Positions 1 to 13,600 of a stretch of 64,000 bases of DNA are shown piece by piece (within the stretch, counting starts at the first letter, position 1; each line of letters begins with the position of its first letter). The translations under genes and the position numbers were made by a program. A model generated the notes under the pieces. The model searched no databases. It worked only from the letters and a program-made list of their open reading frames with translations, and was not told the origin of the DNA. The stretch is from contig JBHGNT010000002.1 in assembly GCA_043228905.1 (NCBI GenBank), positions 6,262,001-6,326,000 of the forward strand, given 5' to 3'. Origin of the DNA: Azolla caroliniana (Eukaryota > Plantae > Polypodiophyta).

Positions 1-1222
1 AGTGGAGGATGATTTGATATCGCCGAAATCCTATCACAAGGGTGAATCATCCCGAAGGACTCCTAAAGATGGTTTAAGTAATCCCAGTTGGCCGACTGAA
101 TTGACTGAAGAGATCGAACTGACAAAATCAACCAGGAGACCTAAATGAGTTCGAATGCCAATAGAGTTCTATCAACCAGGCCTAGACTACGTCAACTAAA
201 CGGATGTACGCAAACCGAGCTTCTACGAGGAAGCCATCCATGCCAGACGCTGACAAATGTCTACAATCCATGAGATCCGAGAGGGACTAAGTCCATCAGA
301 ACAATACGTGGGAGTTGGTCGAACTATCACAAATATGTATCCGATTCGGAGAAGCCTAAATACAAAGCTCGGCTTGTCACGAAGGGATTCAAACAAGAAC
401 ACGGGGTCAACTACGATGAGATATTCTCCCTAGTAGTCAAGATGACCACCCTTCAGCTCCTACTTGGGGTCGTGGCGATAGAAGACCTCGAGCTCGAGCA
501 ACTGGACGTAAAGACGACATTTCTACACGAAGACATGGACAAAGACATCTACATGTGTCAACTGGCAGGCTTCACGGCGACGGGGGAGGAAGTTCACCTT
601 GTATGTCGATTGAAGAAACAAGCGTTGAGAATGTGGTACGAGAAGTTCAACTCCTACATTCGGCAGCTTGGTTACCACCAGTCCGACTCCGACCCATGTA
701 TGTATGTTCGGCAACCGGACGATGAGTTCCGGATCTATATAATCCTATATGTTGATGACATGTTGATTGCAAGAAGCAATCAAGCCTTCTTGCAATCAAG
801 CCGAAATCGAAAAGCTAAAGTGGAGCCTTCACGACAAGTTCGTGATGAAGGAACTCAAACAAGCCTGACACATGCTGGTCATGAGGATCGAGTGAATCGG
901 AAGACAAAGACTCTCCAACTATCCCAGTTTGACTACAAACGGGAGTTTGTTGGCATAAATGGATGATTCCTTTCACATTGTATCCTAGTGTGAACACGTC
1001 TTGACATTAGGGCTTGAGTATATAAGCTCAAACCTAACATTGTAACTATAATCTTCTTGAATCTCTGAATGTAGAGTTATAGAGAGAGCGAAATAAGAAC
1101 CTCCATTAGAACTCCAAACTGAGCCTGCGTTTGTGTTTCTTCCTCTGTCATACTTTGTGTGTTGTTTGTTGAGCATAATACGACAGGTGTTCATACATTC
1201 TTCCGCGTGCATCTATCTCACA
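1..1222 (+). mobile_element. Degenerate Ty1/copia 3' fragment: RT N-terminal part joined by a deletion to the PPT and a putative LTR (~948-1222)
   Basis: Copia RT motifs KYKARLV-KGF, LEQLDVKTTFLH and LYVDDMLI (ORF 442-966). GGGAGTT PPT remnant is followed by TGTTGG...TCTCACA. RNase H is missing. Confidence 0.75.
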
Positions 1223-2760
1223 ATATCTAGTTGGAATGTATGTTCACCAATGACAATATCTAGTTGTTGAATAAGCCCTATTGGTCGGACAATACTTGTA
1301 TCTGTCATTTGTAACCAGAAAGGACATGCCTCCCATTTTGTGATGCCCAGTCGATCATAGGTAGTCTTATTAATCAGATTGACTCCTAAACCACCATCTA
1401 CTATACTACCCGAAACCTCTTGGCCCTGAATGATTACCTTAATTGTTGGGCTTTGCTCGTACTTCCTGTATTTCCCACTCGGATTGTTTAGCTTGGCTTT
1501 GAGTGGTGATTTGTTGTACTTTTGCAGTTACCATATTTACTGCTAACACCTGTCCTTTGTCTTTCGTCGGACACTGATTTGCATAATGTGTATCTTTTCT
1601 ACAAATGTAGCAATTCAATATTGTCAGCCCACTGTATTCTCCATTCTCATAACGCAGTTGTCAAACATCTTCTAGTTCCTGCTCATCTCGGTTTTTAGAA
1701 TTATATTGGAATTGTCGAGAGGCCTTGAGTCGCCTATTATTGTCCTGTCTATCGTCACCAAACCGACGATTAGGTTGTCGATTGTCATCATTCCTCTTGG
1801 GATCACAAGACCTCCAATCATCATGATATCGATGACCTTTGTAAGAGCATCGATCATGTCTATCACGCCTTGGTGAATAATCACGGTCATAAGTGTTCCA
1901 ATCATCCCTCCTATACACATCTTGATGGTCAACTTCACATTGGTAATCATTGTAGCAATCATCTCGTCGATAATTGTCCCGCAATTCTAATCTGACCAAT
2001 AACGATCATCGTATCTTGGCTGATCATCATCCTGAAACCGGTACACCTGTCGATTCCTATCATCTTGGTGGTCATCATGAGGTTGTATCTGTCTTACTAG
2101 AGATGCGACTTTGTTCAACAGATTATATTCACACTGGTCTATTGTACGTGGCTTCGAATGACATATTGGACAGTGTGTAATGTGCATTCGACTGTAGAAT
2201 GCCTCGGATTTAAACATGTTGTGCATTGAATTGCCTGCCGAAACCTTATTTCTTTTGGTGTCGGTAAGGACCTTTGTAATGATGCCATCGACATACCATG
2301 ATGAGTGCTTTATTAATCACCTGTTCTAATGATTGATCTTTAAAATCGAACACGGCTAACGTCATTTGAAGCGGCTCTCGTAGTGCTAACCAGAAGGTAT
2401 CTTTCACGTCTTCTTTTGGGAGGGATCGTGCTAATTGCCTCCTAAGGTTTTGAAACTAAGTAATGAATTGTGGAACAGTTTCATGGGCTTCTTGATAAGC
2501 TGCATAAAATTGGCTCATTAGTTCCCTTTTTAGAATTTGTCAATGAATAATGTGATAAACTTGGTAGTTAATTGCTTAAATGACTCAAACTCACTTGCCT
2601 CATGATGTGAGTACCAATTCGTCGATTGCCCATTGAGCGACAATTTGAATTCTGCAATATTTGATTTGTCGGCATTGGCCTCCAACAATCTCTCGGATAC
2701 ATGGTTAGTTTGCCATGTTGTAAGGAAAGCACATATATGTGCCTCTGCCTCAGATTCATC
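1223..2760 (-). mobile_element. Ty3/gypsy-like gag-protease remnant (frameshifted)
   Basis: Minus-strand translation gives zinc knuckles CTTCLNPRHSTVEC, CPICHSKPRTIDQC and CYICRKDTHYANQC, an Arg/Asp-rich spacer, and a protease-like IVDGGLGVNLI near 1375-1410. Boundaries are approximate. Confidence 0.65.
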
Positions 2761-3544
2761 ACTATATTTGGGGCATTTGCATGTTCGGCAAGAACCTACA
2801 GTTATAATAACCGTCCTATTTCCTAAAACTACTCTATTTTTGTACGTGACAAAAATTACAATTCGAATTTTGTCTTTTCATACTTGTTCGACTCCGACTC
2901 CGACTTGTCGACCTTTTCACTTCGGGTTGCTGACCGGCTAACACACAAGTCGATGATAAATAAAATGAAAAAACAAAAAGAAGAATAGACAAGGCACCAC
3001 CATTCTATGCCCCTAAGGCGATGCAATAAGAAAGTTGTTGTTGCTATTGTTGCAAGTCAGCCGTATGCCAAAACCCGACACCAAACTTGCAATTGTGTGA
3101 GGTGTTGATGTCACCCAGACATCACTCGACTCCCCACCCCGTCCTTTTCCATTCACACTCACTTCCTCTTAAGTCCATACCCACGAATAGGGAAAAATAT
3201 AATTTCCCTTAATACCCCTACATACCAAAAACATTGATATATAAGAACACATACAAATCCACATATCCACATACACTTATATACATATACGTAAATACAC
3301 ACACATTCATTGAAACATATAAATACACGCATGTAAAATACATTCATACACTTCTTTTTTTTTCTATATACACGTACATCTTGCACATTAACATACACAT
3401 ACAACATATAAATAAAAAAATGTAAACACGAATTATTTATAGGCACGTCCCCCATGTTGTGTTAAAGTAGTTGATTGCAATATTTATATCTCCCTATCTC
3501 CATATTGCAATTAATTGAATGTGCTTGATTAGACATATGATCTA

Positions 3545-4380
3545 TCTAAGCACATCTATGTTCTTTATTTCGCGGTTATTTATAAATATTTTTTCGTATG
3601 CCTTGAAGATGAATATAATTGATAAAAACATTATTACCACAATATTAATAAATAATAATAATGCGAAACAAAGAAAAGGAAAGAGGGGTCCCCTTAATTG
3701 ATAATGTCGTGAAAGGAGTAGTTGTAGTTGTTTTGATATCTTGAATATTGCAATGCAATTGTATGATTGTGCTTCATTTGACATATGACCTATCTAAGCA
3801 TGTCATGTTACGTAGTTTTTTTGATATCTTCAAGATTGCAACACAGTTGTATGAATCTTCATTATACACGTGATTCATCTAAGCACGTATATGTTCTTTA
3901 TTTCGTAGTTATTTATGAATATTCTTTCGTATGCCTCAAAGATGAATATAATTGCTAAAAACATTATTATCGCAATATTAATAGATTATAATAATGAGAA
4001 ACAAAGAAAAGAAAAAACAAGTCCCCTTAATCGATAATGTTGTGAAAGGAGTAGTTGTAGTTGTTTTGATATCTTGAATATTGCAATGCAATTGTATCAT
4101 TGTGCTTCATTGGACATATGACCTATCTAAGCATGTCAATGTTTCATAGTTGTTTTGATATCTTCAAGATTGCAACGCAATTGTATGAATGTACTTCATT
4201 ATACATATGATCCATCTAGTACGTCCATGATCTTTATTTCGTAGTTATTTATGAATATTCTTTCATATGCCTTGAAGATGAATATAATTGCTAAAAACAT
4301 TATTACCACAATATTAAAAAATAATAATAATGTGAAATAAAGAAAAGGAAAGTTGTGAAAGGAGTAGTCGTAGTTTTGAT
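3545..4380. repeat. AT-rich tandem repeat, ~335-bp unit x ~2.5, upstream of SDR1
   Basis: Motif (T)CTTTATTTCG...GAAGATGAATATAATTG...GTGAAAGGAGTAG recurs at ~3560, ~3895 and ~4230. Confidence 0.85.
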
Positions 4381-4607
4381 ATCCTTAGGATTGTGAGGTA
4401 CAATGTAATATCAATGTTCTCTTGACGAGAAAATATATTGAATGTTACCAAAATTTGTGTGCCCCACATGGTGGAACTTAAAATGTGGCAATATTAGTGG
4501 CTACATTTGTACAATTATCAATCAATTAGTTTATTATTTGTCTAGATCTATGATAATATTTTATTCGAAACAATGAATGGAAATGTTATAAAATTCTTCT
4601 TTCATTC

Positions 4608-4614
4608 TATATAA
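4608..4614 (+). promoter_or_regulatory. Putative TATA box of SDR1
   Basis: CTATATAAG lies ~40 nt upstream of the ATG and is conserved in SDR2 (29406-29412). Confidence 0.55.
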
Positions 4615-4651
4615 GGATGAATGGGAAGATTATGAAATCATTCACAAGAAA

Positions 4652-5820
4652 ATGGCAAGTGCTCGAAGGTAGCTAGTTTCATTTTGGTTCATTTTACTCA
4701 TTACTACCCATTCAATATTTCAACCATCTCAATATGGCTTTATATCTTAATTTGGTTCAATGGTTTTTGAGGTTTCAATACAACATTAATCTAATCAGAG
4801 TTGTTGGTTGCTTTGTTTAATAGTACTTGAACTAAGATACCATTGACATAATAATTGCATAATGGCAAGACTTCATTCGTATGTGTTTTTGCCATGAGTG
4901 TCATCCCTCATTGTTATAAATTCATATACAATTTTTGTAGTTTAGACAAATGTATAGTCTTTAAAATAATTATTAAGCTCGATCATTCTTCGTGGTTTTT
5001 ATTATTTGCATGAGATAGGCTTGAGGGCAAAGTGTGTGTCATCACTGGTGGGGCAAGTGGCATCGGTGAGGCAACCGCGCGCTTGTTTGTTGAAAATGGT
5101 GCCTTAGTCGTAATAGGAGATATCCAAGATGATTTGGGTACCCATCTTGTTGATGAGCTCGGTCACCATGTTGCTATCTACAAGCATTGTGATGTCACAC
5201 TGGAGTCAGACATGGAGGGACTTGTAACACAAGCATTGAAGAAGTGGGGGAAACTTGACATAATGTTTAGTAATGCTGGTATCATTGGAAATGTTACAGG
5301 TGGGATGCAAAACTTGGATATAACGAACTTCGACAATGTGATGAATGTGAATGTGCGTGGTATGGTCCTTGCCATAAAACATGCAAGTAGGGTTATGGTT
5401 GAGACTAGAACAAGGGGTGTTATTATTTGTACTTCAAGTATGGCAAGTGTTACCGCTTCTGTAGCACCTATTGAATACACCATTTCAAAACATGCCCTTC
5501 TTGGGCTTATGAAAGGAGCGGCTAGTGATCTAGGGAAGTATGGCATTCGTGTGAATTGTGTTTCCCCATCTATAGTCATTACACCAGTTTCCATGAAATT
5601 GTATCGTGATCTTACTGGTAAAAAGTCAATATTAGAGCATGAGGTTCAAGAGTTTGTTAACTCCACAAATATTCTTGTTGGTCATATATTTTCCACCTCA
5701 GATGTTGCACAAGCTACCTTATATTTGGCATCTGATGAGGCTGCTTTTGTGAGTGGCCACAACCTTATTATCGATGGTGGCAACACTATTACCGATCGAA
5801 CATACCAACAAGCAAAATGA
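4652..5820 (+). CDS. SDR1: classical NAD(H)-dependent short-chain dehydrogenase/reductase, SDR110C-like (ABA2/TS2/secoisolariciresinol dehydrogenase family); exons 4652-4668 and 5019-5820; 272 aa
   Basis: The GT-AG intron 4669-5018 splits an Arg codon to give MASARRLEGKVCVITGGASGIG. It has TGxxxGIG, acidic GDIQD, NAG, catalytic S...YTISK, and GIRVNCVSP. Confidence 0.93.
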
Positions 5821-7316
5821 CCTTCAAAGATACATTTATTCTTTAATGGGGACATGAATGATGCCTTCAAATGTTATGGTAGATGAATGTGTCACCTATA
5901 CATAAAAGCAAGTATACATAAAACTTGTAGTTTTTCACAAATAATATTTCTTGAATTCATACAAGTCCATATTGTGTGATTTAATAATACATGTTGGTAA
6001 CTAATACTACCGTGATTTGCATTGCACTCTACATAAGCTTGAATCGTATGCGTTTTATGAAATATAAAAAGGTACTCTAGACTATATTGCAAAGAAGACA
6101 TTTGATGTCAAGGAAGGATAATAAGGCTCCTTTGGGAGAAAGAGGTGTAAAAGATAACATATCCCTTAAAAATAAAACACTAATACTAAAAAAGAAAACA
6201 TTAACGCAAAGAATCATTGTGAATGTCAACAAGGTTCAAAATCATTAGCTATCTAAATACTAATAGTGACCCCTCAATGTTTAAGATTTTTTCTACTAAA
6301 CATTGAAATCAAGTGTGCATATGGAGATTTCGGCAATAATAATCCATTGGAAGCCATTTCACAAGGTACATGCTTGTACTCCCAACCAAGAGAAGGAGTT
6401 CATGGAGCGGGTGATGTCATCATGTGCAACGCTCACAAGGGGAAATATGTCAAACTTATGATATATTTAATGTTGAAGGTTTGGAAAAAAATATAATAGA
6501 GAAGACATAATCGATGAGGGCTTATATTAGGAATGAATGATCAAGGGTTCATGTCTTGTTTGTCAAAATTAAGGTTATGTGGATTTCAATTGATGAATTA
6601 AAGGACGTGGTAATAGATGGACTTGATGATCGGCATTTTGTCTTAGATATAATCAATGATTAGCCCCAAGTTGTAAATCTATCCCCATATGCGCTCTTAG
6701 AGTGCACATTTTGTGATAGCGCCCCAAATGAGGAGCATCTAGTGTGCAACTCGACCATATGGGTCGATAAGGTGTCAATCTAGGAAACCGTATTTAGGAA
6801 AGAGCGAAGTAGGCTAATAGGATTGGCTCATCAAATCAACTAGAATAGTTTGTGGGCAAGTTACAATGTACGTAGTCTTGAAGTATGTGCCATTAACTTC
6901 AATATAATTACTATCTAGCAATAGCATGTATCTAGGGAGTTGGGTCATATTAAATAACAAGTCAGTTGACACAAAAGGAATATCTCTACTACTATCAACT
7001 GACTTGCACATTTAATGTTATACTCAGACCAAACATAGAATATAATCCACTTTGTTACACAGTGGTTGGATTGATCATCAGTCCCCACTAATTTTGTAGT
7101 GAGTTGGTCCAAATCCCATCTAAGCTCTAAGGTGTGAGTGATGGGTGAACTACCATTGTGAGCTACTCTCATATGTAATAGAAGTTTTGTTTTCATATAT
7201 CCATCATAGTGGTTGTAACTCTATATACCTATAATCAATTCTCAATATTTCTAACATGGTATTAGAGTAGAGAGGTTGATCTAGATTAGGTATATACGGG
7301 TAGTTGTTGTTGAGCA

Positions 7317-7320
<4 letters not shown>

Positions 7321-7405
<85 letters not shown>
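7321..7405. repeat. Compound (AG)n(AC)n microsatellite in the copia A leader
   Basis: Visible directly in the sequence. Confidence 0.95.
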
Positions 7406-7411
<6 letters not shown>

Positions 7412-7608
7412 GAGAGAGTATTAATGGCCTTCTCCACGAATGTTGCAACTGCCCCAGTGCGCATTTGCCCACCTCCATTGTCCAATGGAAAGCTAGATAG
7501 AACCGACTACACTCTATGGAAGTTCAAAATGTCTGCTATTTTGGACTCCTACGAGTTGTTGGAGACAATCATGGGACCCACTGGAGGAGACCCTCAACCG
7601 ATGGTGAC

Positions 7609-10600
7609 TGTCAGAACCAAGAATAAAAGATAGAGTGATGGAAGAAGGATATAAGGGAACACGAGAAGAAAGGAACGAAATGTTAAGCGAAGAATGGGTG
7701 TATTAAGATAGAGAAAGAAAGAGAATGGATACAAGATATGTAATGAGAGCTAAAGACTGGTCTTGATTCGAATTGATTTGAGAATACATGTATGCCCTTA
7801 TTTATAGGTTCCTATAGAATAGCTTAGAGATTTCTATAATGTTCTAGAATGTTCTAGGACATTCTAAAACATTCTAGAATGATCTAGAGTTTTTACAATA
7901 ATCAATCTAATACAAAAAGTAGTTTTTATCCTCGCATATGACAATAAGCTATCTTAATGGTTGAGGTTTTCAATTATGGATTACAAGGTTCGAGGTTCAA
8001 GTCCGAGTGACGCGATAATGGTCATGTGTTCATGACACAATTGAGAATGGCAACTACCTCGTATTCAAGGTCGTCAACCAGTTGGACAGAAGGCGGTGGT
8101 GGTACAACACGATTAAGAATTAAAGAGGTGTGGCAAGGATCGAAAAGAGAGATATCAAAGACTGGGTGAAGCCGCATATGTGCAAGAAGGTTAAGACGAA
8201 ATGTTGCATCATTAATCTGCATTGTGATGACAAAAGGACCTAAGCATTGATAACCGAGCTTAGCACACGGGCGGGTAGTCTTGATGTGACGACGAAGCAA
8301 CCATACTCGGTCACCAACCTTAAAAGGAGACTTAAGATGATGCCGATCGGCATTGGTCTTATGTTGTGCTTGCACTTTTTGAAGATGTGAAGATAACTCA
8401 AACTGGATTTGTTGTAGTCGGTGGAGGTGATACGTCGCACTAGGGTTTCGTGACACCTCAAGGAGATCTAGGATACACCATCGAGGGTGGTTGCTAGTGT
8501 AGACAAAGAAAGGTGTAACTTTGGTAGAAGAGTGTACCGTGTTGTTGTTGCCCCAATCATGTTGTTGTAATTGATGAAGCATCGAAGATACTACTCGAGT
8601 GTTTGATTTATGCGCTCTGTTTGTCCGTCAGTTTGTGGATGATAAGCCGAAGAGAGTTTGCGTGAGATTTTGAGGCCTGCCCATAGGTGCTTCCAAAAGT
8701 GTGAGAAAAATTGAGGACCTCGATTGCTAATAATATCATTTGGAAGACCATGATGGCGAAACACCTCACGCATAATCAGATATGCAGTTTCTTCACTACT
8801 AATGGTCTTTACACACGGTACAAAATGTGCCATCTTTGTGAACCAATCCACTACTATTAAAATACTATCAAAGCCTTTGGAAGGTGGCCAATCTGTAATG
8901 AAATCCATAGAAATAGACTACCATGGCTTGTTGGGAGGTGGTAATGGTTGTAGTAAGCCATAAGGATGATGCCTGGGTATTTTGGCGCGATAGTAGGTGT
9001 CATATGTGCGAACATGATCTTCGAAATTGTTTTGCACGTGAGGCCACCAAAACGAATGTTTCACCAGCTCAATGATCTTGGCAATACCAAAATGTCCAAC
9101 CATGGGGGCATCATGACAATGTTCTAACACTTGAAGTCGGGATGATCCGTCAGGGACGTAAAGGAGATTCTTGTAGAAGAGTAAGCCATCTTGCCACTTG
9201 AAGTCATGATAATGTGGAGCAAGATGGACGGCTTGAACCAATGTGGGCGAAGACATCCTTAGCGAAATCATCAAAGTGAAGTTGTTGCCAAATAGTGTCA
9301 AGAAGGCTAGAATCAAGTGGCATGACATAAATTGTTGCCTGTAGCTTTGATAGCCTGAGGAGAATCTGCTTTTGATTGTCAAAGGACGGATCTCTAGGTT
9401 GAAGAGCTAGATACGAACGCAGAGACAAAGCATTTGCTTTCCCTTGTTGTTTTCCGGGGCGAAAAATGATCTTGAAATCGAAATGCGTTAGAAATTGGAC
9501 CCACCGAGCTTGTCTTTTATTTAATACTTGTGTTGTTTGAAAATATGTGAGATTTTCGTGATCACTATAAATGATAATCTGATGAGGCAATCCTTCAAGA
9601 AAATGACGCCATTGCTCGAATGAGTCGACCACAGCTAGTAACTCCTTGTCATGCACCTCATAGTTTATCTCTAAAACAGTAAATTTTCTCGAGTGAAACG
9701 CGACTGGATGAGTCTTCCCGTCCTCGCCTGGTTGGGATGGGATACTCCCCAATGCGAAGTCTGACGTATCCGCCTCAATAGTGAATGGTTTTTCGGGATC
9801 AATATGCGTTAGGATAGGTGCTGATGTGAATGCCTCTTTCAATTGAGTAAAAGCCTTGTCCGCTTCGATACTCCAAAAAAATGCTTGATTTTTCTTGGTG
9901 AGTTGGGTGAGGGGCAACACAATGCTTGAATAATTACGTATGAATTTGCGATAGAAGTTCGCAAATTCGAGGAAACACTGGACGTCCCGAACTGCATGGG
10001 GATTTCCATTCCAATATTGTTTGGACTTTTGCCGTATCCATGAAAATACGCTTGGATGAAATAGTGTATCCAACATTCAACTTGTTTGCAATTAAAACTG
10101 CATTTCTCAAGTTTGGCATAAAGACCATACTTTCTTAGGCGTTCAAGTACTTTCCACACATGTATATCATGCTCCTCCTGTGTTTTAGAGTAAACCAACG
10201 GATCATCTAGGTAGATGATGAGAAAGATATCCAAGAAATCCCGGAAAATGTCTTTGCCATATGTTGAAATACTATGGGTGCATTTGTGAGCCCGAAAGGC
10301 ATGATTGTATACTCAAAATGACCATACCGAGTACGAAATGCAGTTTTGCACTCATTTCCCAATCGAATTCAAACAAGATTATATGCACCCCTTAGATCAA
10401 TTTTGGTAAAATGCTTTACCCCACCAATTCGTTCTAAGAGACTGGAGATTAAAGGTAGAGCATACCTATTCCTTATGGTGACTTTATTTAAGCCTCAATA
10501 GTCCATGACCAAACGAAGGGAGTCATCCTTTTTCTTCACAAAAAAGATAGGAGCACTAGTTGGAGACTTTTAATGTCGAATAACCTCAAGATTTTTCTCA

Positions 10601-13600
10601 ATGTATTCTCGAAAAACCTCAAGCTTAGTGGGTGATAAATTGTAAATCGGACCCCACGGTGGCACTTTTCCTGGTTGGAGATCAATAACACAATCGTACG
10701 GCCGATGCTTTGGAAGGACACTACTTTGACTTTGTCGAAAAAATCAACATGGTCTTGACATTTTTTGGGAATTTGGATGTCTGAATTCCCTTGAGTGGTA
10801 CTAAAAGGTGTCACTGATATTGCAAATAAGAAAAGTCCTCCTTGCCTCCCACATGGTGCAATTGTTGCAATGTGATGACTGAAATTTGATGAAAAGGAGA
10901 TGGTGCATTGGTAGAACTATATTCTTCAAGAGAATAATCTTGAGTTCGATCCTTGGCAATGATATTTTCTGCTGAAGGGTACCAAATTTCTCGTTTCCTC
11001 TAATCGATTCTAGGGTTATGTAGCTTAAACCATGGCAAACCGAGGACAATTGGATGCTCAGGACTACAGATTATGTTAAAGGAAACTACCCATCCTAAAT
11101 CACCTAAGTGTATGTGTATTGGCTCAAAATCTTCGAATATCTTCCTGGAAGCTATGGGGCATCCATCAATCACTACTACGAAAACTGGACAAGGAAGTGT
11201 ATGCAAGGATATTTGGTGTTTTTGGGCAAAATCTCTATCCATGAAACAAGAATTGGCTCCAGTATCTAAGAGGGCTTGGACTTGAAGTTGACAACTCGGT
11301 GTCCTAACTTGTACTTGACAAGAACACACGCTCCCTAAGCACAACACTCGGCCACAACCGAGGCTAGGATCAAACACAGAAAAACGGATAATGAACGCAC
11401 GACACAGGGAAGAGAAGAGTACACAGGATGTTTACGTGGACAACCCAAACTAGGGAAAAACCACGACAGCTCATAGGCTGCAAACTATCACTATGTTACA
11501 ATGTACAACAGTGAAGCACCGAGGCAACAACCTCGAGCTTTCTATCTTTGCCACAGGCGGCGGTTACAACAGAGGCAACGACCTCTTCCTCTCTCTCTCT
11601 CTCTCTCTGTACACAGTTACACGCTCTAATCTTGCACCAACAAGAATAGCAACAACAACCATCTAAGTTTGCCCTAAGTCATATTTATACTAATATGACT
11701 TTTCGGCTATTTGCAAATATAGCCCCAAAGGCCTCTCAGGAAACATATTTACGAATATGTCCCTTCATCCGATGAGCACTTCTCACCGGGCCTTCACCAT
11801 CCGGCTCTTGTCGGGTACTCCTCATCCGGTTCTCACAAACTCCCCCTTCACTCTGGCATGGGGTGTCTTACTAGTCCGATCCGCTTCCGGCATGCTTCCA
11901 ACTTGTCGGGTATCAGTACTTTGGTCAGCATATCTGACCCGTTCTCGGCCGTGTGGATCTTTGTCAGCGCGAACTCCTGGTCATCTACTCTTTCCCGGAT
12001 CCAGTGATACCTACGTTGGATATGCTTCGTCCGGGAATGGTAGGCCGCATTCTTAGCAAGGTGGATGGCACTTTGACTGTCGCAATAGAGCCAGTATTTA
12101 TCTTGCCGGATACCAAGCTCTCTGATGAAGTCCTTCATCCATAATATTTCCTTGCCGGCTTCCACAACCGCCATGTACTCCGCCTCCGTGGTTGACAACA
12201 CAACCATCTTCTGTAGCCTCGACTGCCACGAAACAGCTCCCCCTGCATATGTCATTACATACCCGGATGTAGACCGGCTAGTATCCACATCAGCCGACAT
12301 GTCCGAATCGGTAAAACCGTCAAGTTGAGGTTTTCCGGAGCCGAATCGGAGACACATATCCGAAGTGCCCTTCAAGTACCAGAGTATCCATTTGACCGCG
12401 TTCCAGTGCTCCTTGCAGGGATTGCTCATAAACCAGCTCACCACTCCGACTGCATATCCTATATCCGGTCGGGTACACACCATTGCGTACATTAAGCTCC
12501 CGACAGCAGAGGCATATGGAACCTTCATCATATCAGCCTTCTCTGCTTTCGTCTTCGGGCTTTGCTTACCGGATAATCTGTAGTTTTCCGGGAGTGTCGA
12601 TCCGACCAGTTTCGCTTCTAACATGTTGAACCGTTGAAGCACCTTTGTCACGTATTTCTCTTGGGACAGCCACAGTTGCTTCGTTGGCCGGTTCCGGATG
12701 ATATGCATCCCTAGCATCTGTCTTGCCGGACCCAAGTCTTTCATTGAGAAGGTCCGATTGAGAGCCTTCTTCAACATCCATATTTTGGCTTGGTCCTGTC
12801 CAACGATCAACATGTCGTCCACGTACAGAAGGAGTATTAGGAAGTCACCTCCTTCGAACTTCTTCACAAACACGCAGTGATCGGCCTGCGTCTTGGTTGA
12901 ACTTCCGGTACTATTCTCGAGGAGCTCGCTTCAGTCCATACAGGCTCTTCTTCAACCGGCAAACCAGACGCTCCTTCCCTTTCTCCACAAATCCTTCCAG
13001 TTGCTACATGTAGATCTCCTCTTCGAGGTCACCGTGAAGGAATGTCGTCTTCACGTCCAGCTGCTCTACCTTGAGGTCCATGCTTGCCGCTATACTCAGC
13101 ACTGTCCGGATGGAGGTCATCTTTACTACCGGGGCAAATATCTCGTCGAAGTCCACGCCCTTCGTCTGCTGGAACCCCTTTACCACGATCCTGGCTTTGT
13201 ATCTCGGGGGGTTGCCGGCATCTCCCGGTTTCAACTTGAACACCCACTTGTTTCGGAGTGCCCGCTTTCCTTTCGGCAACTCCACCAATTTGTACGTATG
13301 GTTCTCATGCAGGGAATCCATGTCATCCTGCATGGCACTTAACCATTTTCGACTGTGGGTGTCATCCTTCGCTTCTTTGAAGCTTTCTGGCTCCCCCTCA
13401 TCAGTTAGCAGCACATGCTCTGCATCCGGAAATCTCCGGGGGGCCCTTCTCTCTGTGAGAGGATATCTCCGTCTCTGGGCTTCGGTAACCGGCTCCTCCA
13501 TTTGCTCTTCATCTGAATCTGATTCGGGGTCTTGGCCGGTTCCGGTTTCAGCTTCCTCTACTTCTTCTGCCGGTTCGGTATCCTCACTGTAACTGGCTGG

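Noticed and set aside
3106-3124. Small hairpin TGATGTC-N5-GACATCA
   Set aside because: A 7-bp stem is expected by chance in 64 kb, and there is no supporting context.
5178-5594. 138-aa antisense ORF conserved in all three SDR copies
   Set aside because: It is the reverse frame of the SDR codons; its conservation follows from the sense gene.
5032-5820. ORF-track start at 5032 as the SDR start
   Set aside because: That codon is GTG (Val). The real ATG is in a 17-nt first exon, with splice sites conserved in all three copies.
4652-5820. Assigning a gene symbol such as ABA2 or TS2
   Set aside because: Family membership is clear, but orthology and substrate cannot be determined without phylogeny.
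6945-7196. Thrice-repeated small ORF MKTKLLLHMRV (also 23683 and 40828)
   Set aside because: It lies within the three copies of the copia A LTR; no evidence of coding function.
7204-7485. ORFs with SLSLSL/ERERER/HTHT runs (also 17638-17913 and 3159-3455)
   Set aside because: These are translations of microsatellite or low-complexity DNA.
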